Source: Octopus sinensis (taxonomy: Eukaryota). From it: a stretch of DNA of 64,000 nucleotides. Shown here one piece after another: positions 25,520 to 37,906 of the stretch; the stretch's first letter is position 1, and each line of letters opens with the position of its first letter. The DNA lies in NCBI RefSeq assembly GCF_006345805.1, contig NC_043003.1:1364001-1428000 (forward strand), read 5' to 3'. The position numbers were made by a program, and so were the translations under genes. A model generated the notes under the pieces. It did not search any database. It saw only the letters and a list, made by a program, of their open reading frames with translations, and was not told the origin of the DNA.

Positions 25520-26170
25520 ATTATGGCTGCCCCCTCGTTATCGAGTATGGCCATTGCACGAAGCTTAGCTGTTATTGGTGCTGTGATCGAATGTGACTTT
25601 TATTTGCTTTTTAAGGCTACAGCCAGCTATTCAGTTGAGACTCACAGCACCATCAACAACCATGAACAATGTTGTTATCGTGCAATGCCTGTGCAAGAAG
25701 AGTTTTTTTAAAGTGAAGAAAGGCTGTGCACTGAGTCAATCCCACTCAATAAGCAACAGCAGCCATAATCCGAAAAGAAGAACAAGTCAACATCATCGGT
25801 AACCACTGAGCCGCAGGTTTTATGTCGGAGTTATCCCAGTTACCTGAGTTACCTTCTCCTAAAAGGATGCCCTAACAAAGGCTAGGATTCCCTCACTCCC
25901 AATGGTTTAACCGCACGATCGGCTATTCAGTCCGATTATTTCTATGTCCCCTGCGCATGATACAGCCTTAAGACATTTATTGGATGGCCGTTGACTCTCA
26001 AGAGTTCCTTCGCCCTTTGATGGGTTTTGTCTTTCATCCCGCAGGGTATCCAATAAACACCCTCCTCACCAAGCAAGCTTGGTGGGGTTGCCGGTTTAGT
26101 CGCCGACGGCCCGACCATGCAACAGGTTGTACTGGGTTATATGTTACCAGTAGCACTCGAAAGTGACCTG
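25520..26170 (+). mobile_element. Probable 5' UTR segment of an RTE-type LINE
   Basis: GC-richer non-coding block between two (TACA)n arrays ending GGTGGGGTTGCCGGTTTAGTCGCCGACGG; the assignment is from recalled resemblance, not an alignment. Confidence 0.35.
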
Positions 26171-26200
26171 ACATACATACATACATAATTACATACATAA

Positions 26201-26231
<31 letters not shown>

Positions 26232-26384
26232 CATACATGCATGCATGCATACATACATGCATACATGTATGCATACATACATGCATACATTCATGCATAC
26301 ATACATACATACATGCATACATACATACATGCATGCATACATACATACATACATACATGCATACATACATACATACATACATAA

Positions 26385-26415
<31 letters not shown>

Positions 26416-27433
26416 CATACATGCATGCATGCATACATACATGCATACATGCATGCATACATACATACATACATACATACATACATACATACATACATAC
26501 ATACATACATACATACATACATACATGCGTACATACATGCGTACATACATGCATGCATGCATACACATGTAAAAAATAATTTTGAGTAAATCGAAAAAGT
26601 TGTCGAATGCATAAAAAATATATAATCTCTCTTTGTGAATAGATTATTTTAGACAGACTCCCGACCTCTACAACTATTCAGAGCTTTTTCCCTAAACACC
26701 TCGAATAAATATGTTGAATGAAACCACCAATGGCTAAAAACGTTATGATCAAACTACAAATCGTTTGTTATATTGTCGTGGGTTTGAAAATGTATACAAG
26801 AGCAAGCTGCAAGCTGAGAGACTGAGAAACTTGCTAAAATCAATACATTGATTTAGCTGCGATATTAAAATTAGTATTGGGTTAGATAAATAACTTAAAG
26901 CCACCTGAAGTAGAGGTGAGTTAATAAAAAATACTCGTAGTTAAGTCCACAACTGTACTGCAGTTAAGTTTCATTAGGCACTGAAATGAGAGGATTAAAG
27001 TAAGAAATGCGACACAAGTACTTCGGAGGAGATTAAAAATTTAAATACAATATATAGGAATATATATGAAAAGATGGCTACAGAATGGTCAATCAATGAC
27101 TTATGTTAAAGATTCAAGTGAATGATAGAAATAAAATTATTCAGTAGTATTTGTGTTTTATCAGTCAGTCATAAAGTATTGTTTTATTATAATAGGTTGC
27201 AACATGGAGCGAGGTAATAGAATCGTTAGCATGTCGAAAATGCTTCGCGGTATTTCTTCCGGTTTTGCACTTTGAATTCAAATTCTGCTGAGTTCGGCTT
27301 GGCCTTTTATGTTTTTGTGGGGGTCGATTGAGTAAGTGCCAAGCACCAGGAATGAGGTAATCGACTTCTCCACACCCAAGTTGCTGGCCTTGTACCAATA
27401 ATAGAAAGAGTTGGAGATTGGAACTTAAGTGAC

Positions 27434-27512
<79 letters not shown>

Positions 27513-27699
27513 ATAATAATAATAAATATTAGGGAATGAATCCAAATTACAGGGAAAAATCAGATTTAGGGTTAAATCCAATTTTATAGTAAAATATTAT
27601 ATAATATAATTCGAGACAAAACCACTATTTTAAAATCAAACAAGGAAAGACTTAATCAATACATAAAATTTTAATATAAAGTGATGGACTTTTTAGGCA

Positions 27700-27975
27700 G
27701 AATCCTCACCCTGCTTCTTATTAGTGAATGATCTGTGTCACAATCCGCGCTGTGGTAACTACGGGTCAGCTGAACAGAATTCAGAAAGGGTCTTCGTGTA
27801 ATGATGAGATCCAGCTGATGCCAGTGATTAGATCTTGGATGTCTCTAAGATGCCTTGTGGGATGTCTTGTTGGCAAAGAATGTGTTAGTGATGCACAGGT
27901 TATGGTATGTGCAAAATTCAAGTAGTCTCTGGCCATTGTCATTCATGTTGCCAATACCAAAACACATACGCTTAC
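27700..27975 (-). mobile_element. RTE (BovB-like) LINE APE endonuclease fragment
   Basis: FGIGNMNDNGQRLLEFCTYHNLCITNTFF...*RHPRSNHWHQLDLIITRR...TRSYHSADCDTDHSLI. Confidence 0.85.
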
Positions 27976-28873
27976 ATATATACATACACATATACACGAT
28001 CGATTTGTTTCAGTTCTTGTCTGCGAAATCCATATATATATATATGTTTATTTTAGTAGTTTTGACTGCAAAAGTCCCTCCTAGCGTGCGGTACCTATGA
28101 ATAATAGTATCCTCTATATAATATATATATATATATATACATATATGCATACACACACATACATACATATATATTTGGAATTTGCAAAAGAAACGAACAA
28201 AAGACGAAGACGGGTGTGTAAACAGCAAACAGGTTTATTAGTTTAACGCTCCGGACTTAGGAAAATTTATATAGGGAGTACTACTAATTTTAAAATTTAA
28301 TATAGGGGACACAAGAATTCATTTATTCACCCCTATATAAAAAATTACAGACATTTTAGTATGTTGTAAGCATAAATATTTAGGGTCTTATAATTTTCTT
28401 AAACTTTAAAATATAATTTTTTAGAATATAAAAGCTTTTTGAAAATACGGTCCAATTAGGTCATTAGATCTAATGAACACTTATGCACAAACCTGTAATC
28501 TTAAATTATTTTTTTTATAGTAGAGAGTGGAATATTCCTATTGGCTATTATTTGCATGATTAACTAGAGTTAACCTTTCAATGAATTTCATTTCTTCTTT
28601 AAATGTGGTAATCCTCTTGAAAATCTGTCACTTATTCTCGATACTCATAAACTGAACTTTCACCAACTGAATACTCACCATGTAGTGCCTTAATGCTTTT
28701 TGCTGGATTTTACCTCGAGAAAGGAACCCTGAGGAAGGAGGGCTGAATTTCGAATACTTCGTACAACCACTTTACTGAAACGGCTGCAGGTTAGGAAAAA
28801 AATGTTAATCGCCTCTTTCAATTTAGGTTTTTATTTTTCATGTTTATATTCGTATTTCATTGTTATATTTATA

Positions 28874-29448
28874 TTGGGTTGTCCGGAAAGTTCGTTCTGA
28901 TTTTTAAAGGAAAGTAAAGGTCACTAAATACTTGCCATTACATTTTTAATCATCCAAATCTGAACCATTTCGTTGCACAATACGTCTCGATCTTTCCTTT
29001 ACCTTGAAAATACCCTTCTTCCCAGAATTGGGGTGGTTTCAAGGCAAAGAATTCGTCAAGGTATCTTTTTACGTCATCTAAGGAATTGAAATTTTTACCA
29101 TTAAGACTTTTCTGCAGAGACCTGAATAAGTGGAAATCCGAAGGAGCAATATCTGGGGAATAGGGAGGGTGGGGGTAACACATCCCAGCCGAGCTGCAGC
29201 AATTTTGTCTGGTTCCCAAAGCATTAAGTGCTGAAAATGAACTTTCTCATCTTTTATTTTAAAGGGTTACAGAATTAACCACAGGTTATAGGAACATAAA
29301 CTTTCTTCCACGAAAAGATAGCTTAAACTGTGCTCTAAATGGAGGTGTAGTCAAATCCTATTTTATGGACTCAAACATGTTCTAAAATTCTAAAATAAGT
29401 CGAAAGATAAGCTACTATAAATCGGCACGAACTTTCCGGACAACCCAA
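28874..29448 (-). mobile_element. Internally deleted mariner element with both TIRs
   Basis: 30-bp TIRs TTGGGTTGTCCGGAAAGTTCGT(T/G)C(T/C)GATTT, TA on both sides; retains HPPYSPDIAPSDFHLFRSL. Confidence 0.95.
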
Positions 29449-29699
29449 TATTTCTATATTTTTATCATGAAACTCTTAACATAAATATGTGTATATTCGT
29501 ATGGAATAATACCTCATGTGCTACATCTGAATTTTCTTGTCTGAATGTTTTAAGACAAATATCCGAAATTTTTATCGTATACCACATTTTATTAATACTT
29601 AGCTCATATACGGAGACAAAAATGTTGTACTATATACTGCAGGTTATCTCCATTAAAATTCTCGAATTATATACATTATATATATATATATAATATACA

Positions 29700-30427
29700 C
29701 ACTGGCGAAAATAAATTTAAGACTGATGATACAAGTTCTATTTCTTACAAAATATCCTGTTACTAGTCCTTTGCCGATCTTTATATTGACCAGTCTCCGA
29801 GTATAACTTCCACGCTCGCACGCAAACCGGTTTACTGCACTTTAGTTGCTTGCTGATGTTCGAAAAGGAAACTTTTTGCTGTAATATACGATTTTTGCTC
29901 TCGTGACTGGACTAAGGCTACGTTGTTTTCCCATTATTAATAAATTGTATAATAACATTAAATTATAACTTTATATGGTGCAATTAGGCTCGTTGTGTGA
30001 CCATCCATTTTGGCCAAAAAAATTGCATACATATTACATGGTCTTAAACTAATTTTGCCGGTAAATTTGAAACGTTTATATTACGTTCTGAGTTCAAATT
30101 CCGCCGAGGTCGACTTTGCCTTTCATCCTTTCGGGGTCGATAAATTTAAGTACCAGCTACGCACTGGGGTCGATGTAATCGACTTAATCCGTTTGTCTGT
30201 CCTTGTTTGTCCCCTCTATGTTTAGCCCCTTGTGGGCAGTAAAGAAATATATATTAATTTAGCATTAGAATTCTTCAAGTTGTATAAAAATTGTTTGCAT
30301 CATTCGAAAGAGAAATAAATTTTGCATAAGGTGTAAAAGATATAAATAATTTGTATGGTGTTAGTAACAAAATATTTTGTAAGAAATAGAACTTTTATCG
30401 TCGGTCTTAAATATATTTTCGCCAATG
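29700..30427 (-). mobile_element. Internally deleted Tc1 element containing a SINE
   Basis: About 68-bp TIRs CA(C/T)TGGCGAAAATA(A/T)ATTTAAGAC...; transposase 5' relic MGKQRSLSPVTRAKIV / SNISKQLKCSKPVCVRAWKLYSETGQYKDR; SINE A at about 30040-30245. Confidence 0.85.
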
Positions 30428-30435
30428 TATATATC

Positions 30436-33013
30436 TCAGGTCATCCCATAAGTTCTGTCCCAATTTTGGATAAAGAATCCAAGTGATCAAATGTTATATT
30501 TAATTGAAAGTTAATCATCAATGTACTTTCCCTGATTATCTATGACTTACTTCCATCTATTTACAAGCTTTTTAATCCCATCAATGTAAAACTCTTTTGG
30601 TTTCAAAGCGAAGAACTCTGAAATGTCAGATTCGACCTCCTCCTGGCTTGCGAAAGTTGTGTCCCCCTAATAATTCTGTAAACTATGAAACAAATGGTAT
30701 CCTGAAGGAGTAAGGTCGGGAGAATAAGTTGGATGAAGAAATTTTTCCAAACCAACCTCTTCTATCTTCTGTGATGTGATCTTTGTAGTGTGGGGTTGCG
30801 CATTGTCCTGATGAAACATCACTAGTTTTCGGCTCACTAAAGCGGCTCTTTTTTCCTTCAAAGCTTGGTTCAAACGCTCTAATTGCTGACAGTAGACTTG
30901 AGCATTGATTGTTGCATTAGGTGGTAACAATATAAAGTGAATTATGCCTTTGCAGTCGCACCAGATAGAGTAGAACCTTTTTCCCATGAAGTTCCCTTCT
31001 CGGTTGTGGTTGAGCATTTTCCCTTTTACCAAGCCACTGTTTACGACGTTTAACATTTCGATAGAAAATCCATTTTTCGTCACAAGTCTATCGAAAAAGG
31101 GTGAAATGAGTTTGCGAGAATGGAGAGAAGAGCAGATGTCAACTCGGGATTTGCGGTTGCTTTCGTATAATACATGAGGCACCTATTTTCCAAGTTTAGG
31201 AATATTTCCACGTTGTTGAAGATGACGATGAACTGTTGTATGGTTTGAAGTAAGCTTTATTGCCAATTCTTCAACTGATAATGACAGATTTTCTTCAAGT
31301 AATGCCTCAAGGAGCTTATCATCAAACTCAACTGGACGTCCTGTTCGATCTTCATCTTCAATTTTGCAAACGATCTCCTGCAAGTTCTTTCATTCAAGCA
31401 CTTTCCCATAAACTGAGTGTATGTTTCGAGTCACTTCGGCTGCAGAGTTACCTTTATTGTACTCATAAAGAATTATATGTGCCTTAAATCTCCTTGGATA
31501 CTTCCATGTTGAAAGGGTTTTAATCAAAGCAATTTTAGGGTGTCCACGAAGTCTGGGTACATGGAATAAAATCATAACATAAACAAATATAAGAAATAAT
31601 AATTTTCCTTTTTTACTTTTGTTTAAATTAAATAAAAAAAATACTTTACTTTTCTAAATTTATTTGTTATTTTTTCTACAGATGATCGAATTATGGCTCT
31701 GTCTAAAGAAGAAAGAATCCCAGATCGAATGATGGATCTGTCTAAAGAAGAAAGAATTGAGTTAGTATTATTAAGTGGACGAGAGGGATGGTCTTATCGC
31801 AAAATTGCGGAAGAATTTAATCTTCGACACCCTTTTAGGTAACCTATTTTTTTTACTGCCCTCGGAAAATTGATCAAGAAATTTAAAGAGACATGCAGTG
31901 TTTTGGATAAACCCCGTTCCAGGCGACCAAAGACTTCAGATGAAACGAAAGAGGCTGTAATGGCTAAAGTTTCTGCTAGCCCAAAGAAATCACTTCGTCG
32001 GACATCCACGGTGTTAGGTGTTCCAAAACCAACCATCCACAAAATGCTGGTTGAGGAAAAGTTTCATCGATAAAACCTACAGATATTGCATCACTTAAAT
32101 GAAGACGACCCTGATAGACGAATGTAGACGTACGAATGGTTTTCAGATAAATTGGATGAAATTACCAATTTTACGAAAAACTTTGTTGTTCAGTGACAAA
32201 GATACGTTTTATGTAAATGATGAGGTCAACAGACAGAATCTTCTATACTGGTCTCGAGGTAATCCACATTGGATGGATCCATCCAAGCAGCAAGGCAGCA
32301 AAAAGGTGATGGTGTGGTGTGGTTTGTGGAAAGCTCTTGTTCTAGGACCCTTCTTCATTGAACATATAACGGATGAGACTTATGTAAACATATTGAGAGA
32401 CAAATTAATATCTCAAATTGAGCGCCTAGGCGAGGGCCTTCCGAATTGGTTTCAGCAGGATGGGGCCCCTACCCATTTTGCCACAACTGTTAGAGATTGG
32501 CTTAATGGCACTTTTCCTCACTGAATTGGAAGAAGGGCTCATATGGAAAGGTCCCCTCGTTCACCAGACCTTTCTCCCCTTGATTTCTTTTTCTGAGGGT
32601 ATGTTGAAAGAGAAAGATTACAATAAAGATTACAGATTTAAAACACATGGGAGAACGCATTACCAGTCAGTGTACTGAAATTGATGGCAATGTAGACTTA
32701 TTTAATCAAGTTCATCTGAATTTTGCAAGGCGCATCAAGTTATGCATTGAAAAATGATGGAAATCACTTTGAAAATATTATTTATCAACATTATAATTAA
32801 ATAAAATTGGTTTGTTTTAAAAGTATGTGTTAATCCCCATGTACGCAGACTTTGTGGACACCTATTATTTTGTAAAACAATATTGAATTAGTTTAAACGT
32901 ACACAAATGCATAAAAATAATTTTTAATTGAATTAGACATTTGAAAATACTATTAAATTTCATTCAAATCTAAAAAAAAGGTAAAATTGGACAGAACTGA
33001 TTGGATGACTTGA
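30436..33013 (-). mobile_element. Mariner (DD34D) element interrupted by a nested transposon
   Basis: TIRs TCAGGTCATCCCATAAGTTCTGTCCCAATTTT and AAAATTGGACAGAACTGATTGGATGACTTGA|TA; transposase pseudogene about 30550-31508 (HIILYEYNKG, WVPH-like MPH, HQDNAQPH-x-YSPDLTPSG, third catalytic D changed to G). Confidence 0.9.
31538..32862 (+). mobile_element. rosa/DD41D-like Tc1-mariner element nested in the mariner
   Basis: TIRs GGTGTCCAC(G/A)AAGTCTG(G/C)GTACATGG with TA on both sides; pseudogene with KFKETCSVLDKPRSRRP, FSDKDTFYVNDEVNRQN, KVMVWCG, FQQDGAPTH and SPRSPDLSPLD (D-x40-D in this copy). Confidence 0.85.
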
Positions 33014-33768
33014 TATATATAATCTATGATATTCTAGTAGGTTTCAAGTTTATAACACCTTGATATCTCATGTTATCTCATTTTATATGCCTAAGACGTT
33101 TATTTTCTATTCTGGTTTTTAAATATTTCTATACATTAAATTTGTATCTATAATTTATTTTAAGCCGAAACATAATACGATCCTTGTACAAACGAAAGAA
33201 CAAGAATGTCCTCTGGAACTTTTATCTTCCACCGGTGTTTGTAATCGATGGTGACATGTGTGATGATTTTGCGACTATCTTATATTTTACAGAGAAATTG
33301 GAAGCCCCGAATGTAAGCCACCACTTTATGCATAATACAATATTTATAGTTCTCTATTTCTAACTCAAATTCTGTCCGCAATAATTATAGATCTCTATTT
33401 CTAAATGTAATTCTTTTTTTTCTCGTTCAGTTTGTAACTATAACACGCATTCTCGTCTGTCTCTTGACAAAGCTTCTTTTCTCCAGCGTTCACCACTTCA
33501 CCTCGTTAGGGTTAAACAGCCCTTACCGAATGTTTTCACTGTCCTGTTTTTGTTAGCGGCTTTGACGTTCCACGTATCTCAAATTTTATTTAATTTGCTT
33601 TGGGGGAGCAATTGCTTTGACGAAGACGCATCTTGTTCCACTGCTCGCAATGCGGAGTAGGTAAATCTGCCAACAATTGAGGAAGGGTTGTTTTTTATGC
33701 TGCCTTCGCGCTATAGTTCTCAATATATAATGGAAATTCTTTCCTCCCAACCCAACCCAACCCAACCC

Positions 33769-33984
33769 CATAGCGTCGACTGTGGGCTGGTAGCTGTGTA
33801 CAGTCGCCCCATTGTCGCCCGGAGCCAGCTCTGGTCGCCATAGCGTCGACTGTGGGCTGGTAGCTGTGTACAGTCGCCCCAATGTCGCCCAGAGCCAGCT
33901 CTGGTCGCCATAGCGTCGACTGTGGGCTGGTAGCTGTGTACAGTCACCCCAATGTCACCCAGAGCGAGCTCCGGTCGCCATAGC
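33769..33984. repeat. GC-rich 70-bp tandem repeat x3, extra partial copy at 34076-34136
   Basis: Units start at 33769, 33839 and 33909: CATAGCGTCGACTGTGGGCTGGTAGCTGTGTACAGTCGCCCCAATGTCGCCCAGAGCCAGCTCTGGTCGC. Confidence 0.95.
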
Positions 33985-34519
33985 ATCTTTGCCTCTACTA
34001 AATTTATTCTCTCCAGTTACGTATCTGTATAATGGTCATTTGCAAACTCCAGAGGTGACACTTTCATTTCTCCTTGTCGACTGTGGGCTGGTAGCTGTGG
34101 ACGGTCGACCCAACGTCGCCCAGAGCGAACTCTGGCTGGTATGATGCTATAGCAGAAGACACATGCCAAGTTACCACACAGTGGGACCAAGTGTTTTGGA
34201 ACCAATTTGTTACCACACAGTCACACCTGCACCTGTGTGTGTGGGGGGGGGTATATCGGTATGTGTGTATGGGTGTATATATGCATGCATGTAGATATGT
34301 GTATATATATGCGTGTACATATTACATGTACATCTATATATACATCTAGACATACATGTTTACATATACATGTATATCTATAGAAATACGTCTATACATA
34401 TACAGCTATACATATACATCCGTATATATACATGTATTTATATATATTTATATATGTATATATATATATATTATATATATACATGTATATATATATATTT
34501 ATATATCTATATACATATG

Positions 34520-34550
<31 letters not shown>

Positions 34551-34552
34551 AC

Positions 34553-34616
<64 letters not shown>

Positions 34617-34629
34617 ATATATATTACTC

Positions 34630-34828
34630 GTCGCCATGATAGATCGTTAGCCACTACACACATTTTTTCTATCCTTGTTTTTTCTGTGTCCCTTTCTGTA
34701 GAAGAGCGTAGGTTCGAAACGTAAAAGACTTTTTCTATTCCTGAGCGTTATACTATTATACTAATACATCTGTTTATTTTGTACACCACCTGTCTTCGTC
34801 TTTTGGTTTTTCGTAAACTCTCCCTATA

Positions 34829-34830
<2 letters not shown>
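34630..34830 (+). mobile_element. Penelope-like terminal repeat fragment with hammerhead-like motif
   Basis: Homologous to 53670-53815 (+) and 28165-28255 (-); contains CTTT-CTGTAGA-A-GAGC-GTAG-GTTC-GAAA-CGTA-AAAG. Confidence 0.6.
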
Positions 34831-34871
<41 letters not shown>

Positions 34872-34888
34872 CTATATCTATATCTATC

Positions 34889-34920
<32 letters not shown>

Positions 34921-34959
34921 ATTATATATATATTTATATCTATATCTATATCTATATCT

Positions 34960-34990
<31 letters not shown>

Positions 34991-34994
34991 TACA

Positions 34995-35515
34995 TATTGC
35001 CCACCGGATGCTCCAAATCACATAGGCAAGTTTGAAGATTGCCTCACAAGCATTAATGAAATCCTCATGAATCTGGAACACCACGTGACCATATTTCTTT
35101 TGGGTGATTTCAACTTCTCCAGCGTCAAATGGCCCGAAGGTCTCATACTCTCAGGAATGAATCATTGCAAGCAAGTACAGGTGGAGTCCAAGTTATATCT
35201 TGATATCGCTAGTGATAACAATACTCAAAATATATAACAAACTGGAACAGTAGGCCCGTCTCTTGCAATTTCGATCAATTGGATCTTGTCCTCCCTCTTG
35301 TATAGAAGTGTACGGCTGCAGCGAAATTCATTTTTCGACTTTCTTCTATCGAAGGCATTTAACAAAAATGCTTCCGTAAAGACGGTGAAAATATTGTCAA
35401 TTTCCCCAAACAGGGACACAATTCAATTTTTAAACAATAACCGAAAGGGGGAGGGTTACGGTTTACAATTATTTAACAAATGCAACACAACAACGTTTCC
35501 CTGACGAGGAACCAA
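34995..35515 (+). mobile_element. Heavily deleted CR1/L2-group LINE relic
   Basis: APE piece YCPPDAPNHIGKFEDCLTSINEIL...IFLLGDFNFSSVKW, then scraps GTVGP, GLQLFN and PDEP from later in ORF2. Confidence 0.7.
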
Positions 35516-35689
35516 CAAATGTGATTACAATAGTCAAACAGTAATAATAATAACAACAAACCTTTTTAATTTATCCCCATTTATGTGAAACCACTTATTC
35601 AATTTCAAGTCATTGATGCAATTTTATACGAATCGCTAATACACACACACACACACATAATAAGGGTGAAAAATTGAATATTAATTTGA

Positions 35690-36070
35690 TTAATATGAAT
35701 TGAAAACCAGTGGTGTAGCATATAAGACATTAGCGGATCTTCTTCTAGCAAAATGGATGTCCACTGTTAATGGTTCATCCCTGTTATATAATACTTTCAC
35801 TTTAATAGTTTCAGTATTAAAGTGAATGTCTGCATTACAATAGAGAGATGTTTTTGTTTCACTTTTAACACGTAATACTGAAATAGTGAGGAAGATATGA
35901 TATTGCTGTGGGGTCGCCCTAGGGAAAAAGTAAAAATTGTTTTGCTGATGATACTCCCCGGACCTTAAGTAAGGAATGTGTAAAATTTGAATGAAATTGG
36001 TTGTGTAGTTCTCAAGTTTTAGGGAAACACACAGACAGACAGACAGACACACATTCTCAGTTTTATTTAT
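35690..36070 (+). mobile_element. Helentron-associated (HINE/DINE-like) non-autonomous element
   Basis: AAATTTGAATGAAATTGGTTG...AAAC, then (GACA)n, then a T-rich end, the layout typical of HINE 3' regions. Confidence 0.5.
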
Positions 36071-36071
36071 T

Positions 36072-36116
<45 letters not shown>

Positions 36117-36817
36117 TGTGTGCATTAGAGGTACAATGGCCCAGTGGTTAGGGCAGTAGACTCGTGGTCATAGAATCGCGGTTTCGATTCCCTTACCGGA
36201 CACTGTGAGTGTTTATTGAGCGAAAACATCTAAAGCTCCACGAGATTCCAGCAACGGGGTAGCAAACCCTGCTGTACTCTTTCACCACCACTTTCTCTCA
36301 CTCTTTCTTCCTCTTTCTCTTGTACCTGTATTTCAAAAGGGCCAGCCTTGTCACACTCTGTGCCACGCTGAATCTCCCCTGAGAACTACGTTAAGGGTAC
36401 ACGAGTGTGTGGAGTGATCAGCCACTTACATGTTAGCTTCACGAGCAGGCTGGCAGGCTGTTCCGTTCATTAGATCAACTGGCACCTACGTCGTCGCAAC
36501 CGACGGAGTGCCACGATATACGTATACGCATGTTTTTTATTCTTTACTTGTTTCAATCATTGGACTGATGCCATACTGGGGCACCACTTTGAAGGGTTTA
36601 GCCGAACAAATCGCCTCCGCTAACTCTGATACTAATTCTACTGGTCTCTTGCTGGACCGCTTAGTTACGGGAACGTAATCAAACCAATACCAGTTGTCAA
36701 GCGGTAGCGGGTCAAACACAAACACACATGGGAATTAGTGTGGCTCAGCTTGAGCGGAATTTACCATCGTAAAGCTGAATGGGAGAGGGAGATAAGGAGT
36801 CAGATAGACTGACAGAT

Positions 36818-36859
<42 letters not shown>

Positions 36860-37408
36860 TAGTTACGGCAGACCGAGGCTGTATTTCCGGAGATAAATGA
36901 GTGACCACAGGTTCTGGCTGTTTAGTCAGACTTAAAATGGCGACGGTATGCTAAAGGTCGTTTGACCAGAGAGAAGATGTTGGGTGTGAGGAGCTGCAAC
37001 TCTCTGCTAAGAGAGAATGTGATGTCTATGAACATAGGGTGTCAGAGAAAGAATAGTGACTTCACGCTTAGGCTGTATGACCAGAGTGAACTGGGTGATG
37101 GCTGGTCAAGGAGGACATAAGCCTCAAAGTAAAATAATGAGCGCGAACTCATTGCAACGGAAAATACGGATAATAGGGCCCCTGGAAGGGATCCTCATAT
37201 ATAGCCAAAGGAAATAACCCATTCATTTTCCTAAATTATTTGGTAAAATGAAATTGAGTATGCTTATGTCTTAATATTTGAACTGTTAGAGTTATTTTCG
37301 CGATTTATCCAATACAACCCTTAAACAAGTAAATAGTATTTTCCTAAACAATATTTCGGTCAGTGACTTATTCACGAATATACCAACACTAGCACCGCTG
37401 AGGGCAAT

Positions 37409-37770
37409 ATTCTCTGGGAGTGCACAAAAACCCTTTTCAGAGTTATTTACTTTGAATTGTTATTATCTCATATTTGATTAGCCTGTTATTACGTAACATG
37501 CTTCACAATTTTAGTATACATACCTTATTAGTATTTCCTCCTATGTTCTATATACTCTGGGAACGCATTAAAGCCCTTTTCGGGGCTACTTTATGAGAAT
37601 TCTTACTATAGGGTAACTAATTTCATATTATTACATAACTGACTTCACAATTTGGGTATTCATAACTTATTGGGAATTCCTAAAAACAAGATCCTGTGTA
37701 AGAAAGTTCGGTATTCTCTGTAAATGCACAAAAACCGTTTTAAGGGCTACATACTTTGTATTGTTGTTAT
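37409..37770. repeat. Diverged 143-161-bp tandem repeat, about 2.4 copies
   Basis: ATTCTCTGGGAGTGCACAAAAACCCTTTTC-like motif starts at 37409, 37552 and 37713; CTTCACAATTT...TTCCT recurs at matching offsets. Confidence 0.6.
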
Positions 37771-37853
37771 TGGATTAGTGAAACAATTATGAGAACGGAA
37801 CCAAGGGATAAGCCCCGCTTTCCTGGGAATTACCGGGCACGTTATATGTATGT

Positions 37854-37906
<53 letters not shown>

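Noticed and set aside
24630-25711. Long ORFs of 180-305 aa (MYVC/HTYI repeats), and similar ones throughout the window
   Set aside because: Translations of (TACA)n, (TA)n, (CA)n, (TAGA)n and (ATT)n microsatellites, open in several frames on both strands.
26886-26915. 30-nt micro-exon (INNLKPPEVE) with donor GAG|GTGAGT
   Set aside because: Weak acceptor, no partner exon, too short to distinguish from chance.
33769-33984. Possible CRISPR-like array
   Set aside because: Units are contiguous with no unique spacers, there are no cas genes, and the context is eukaryotic.
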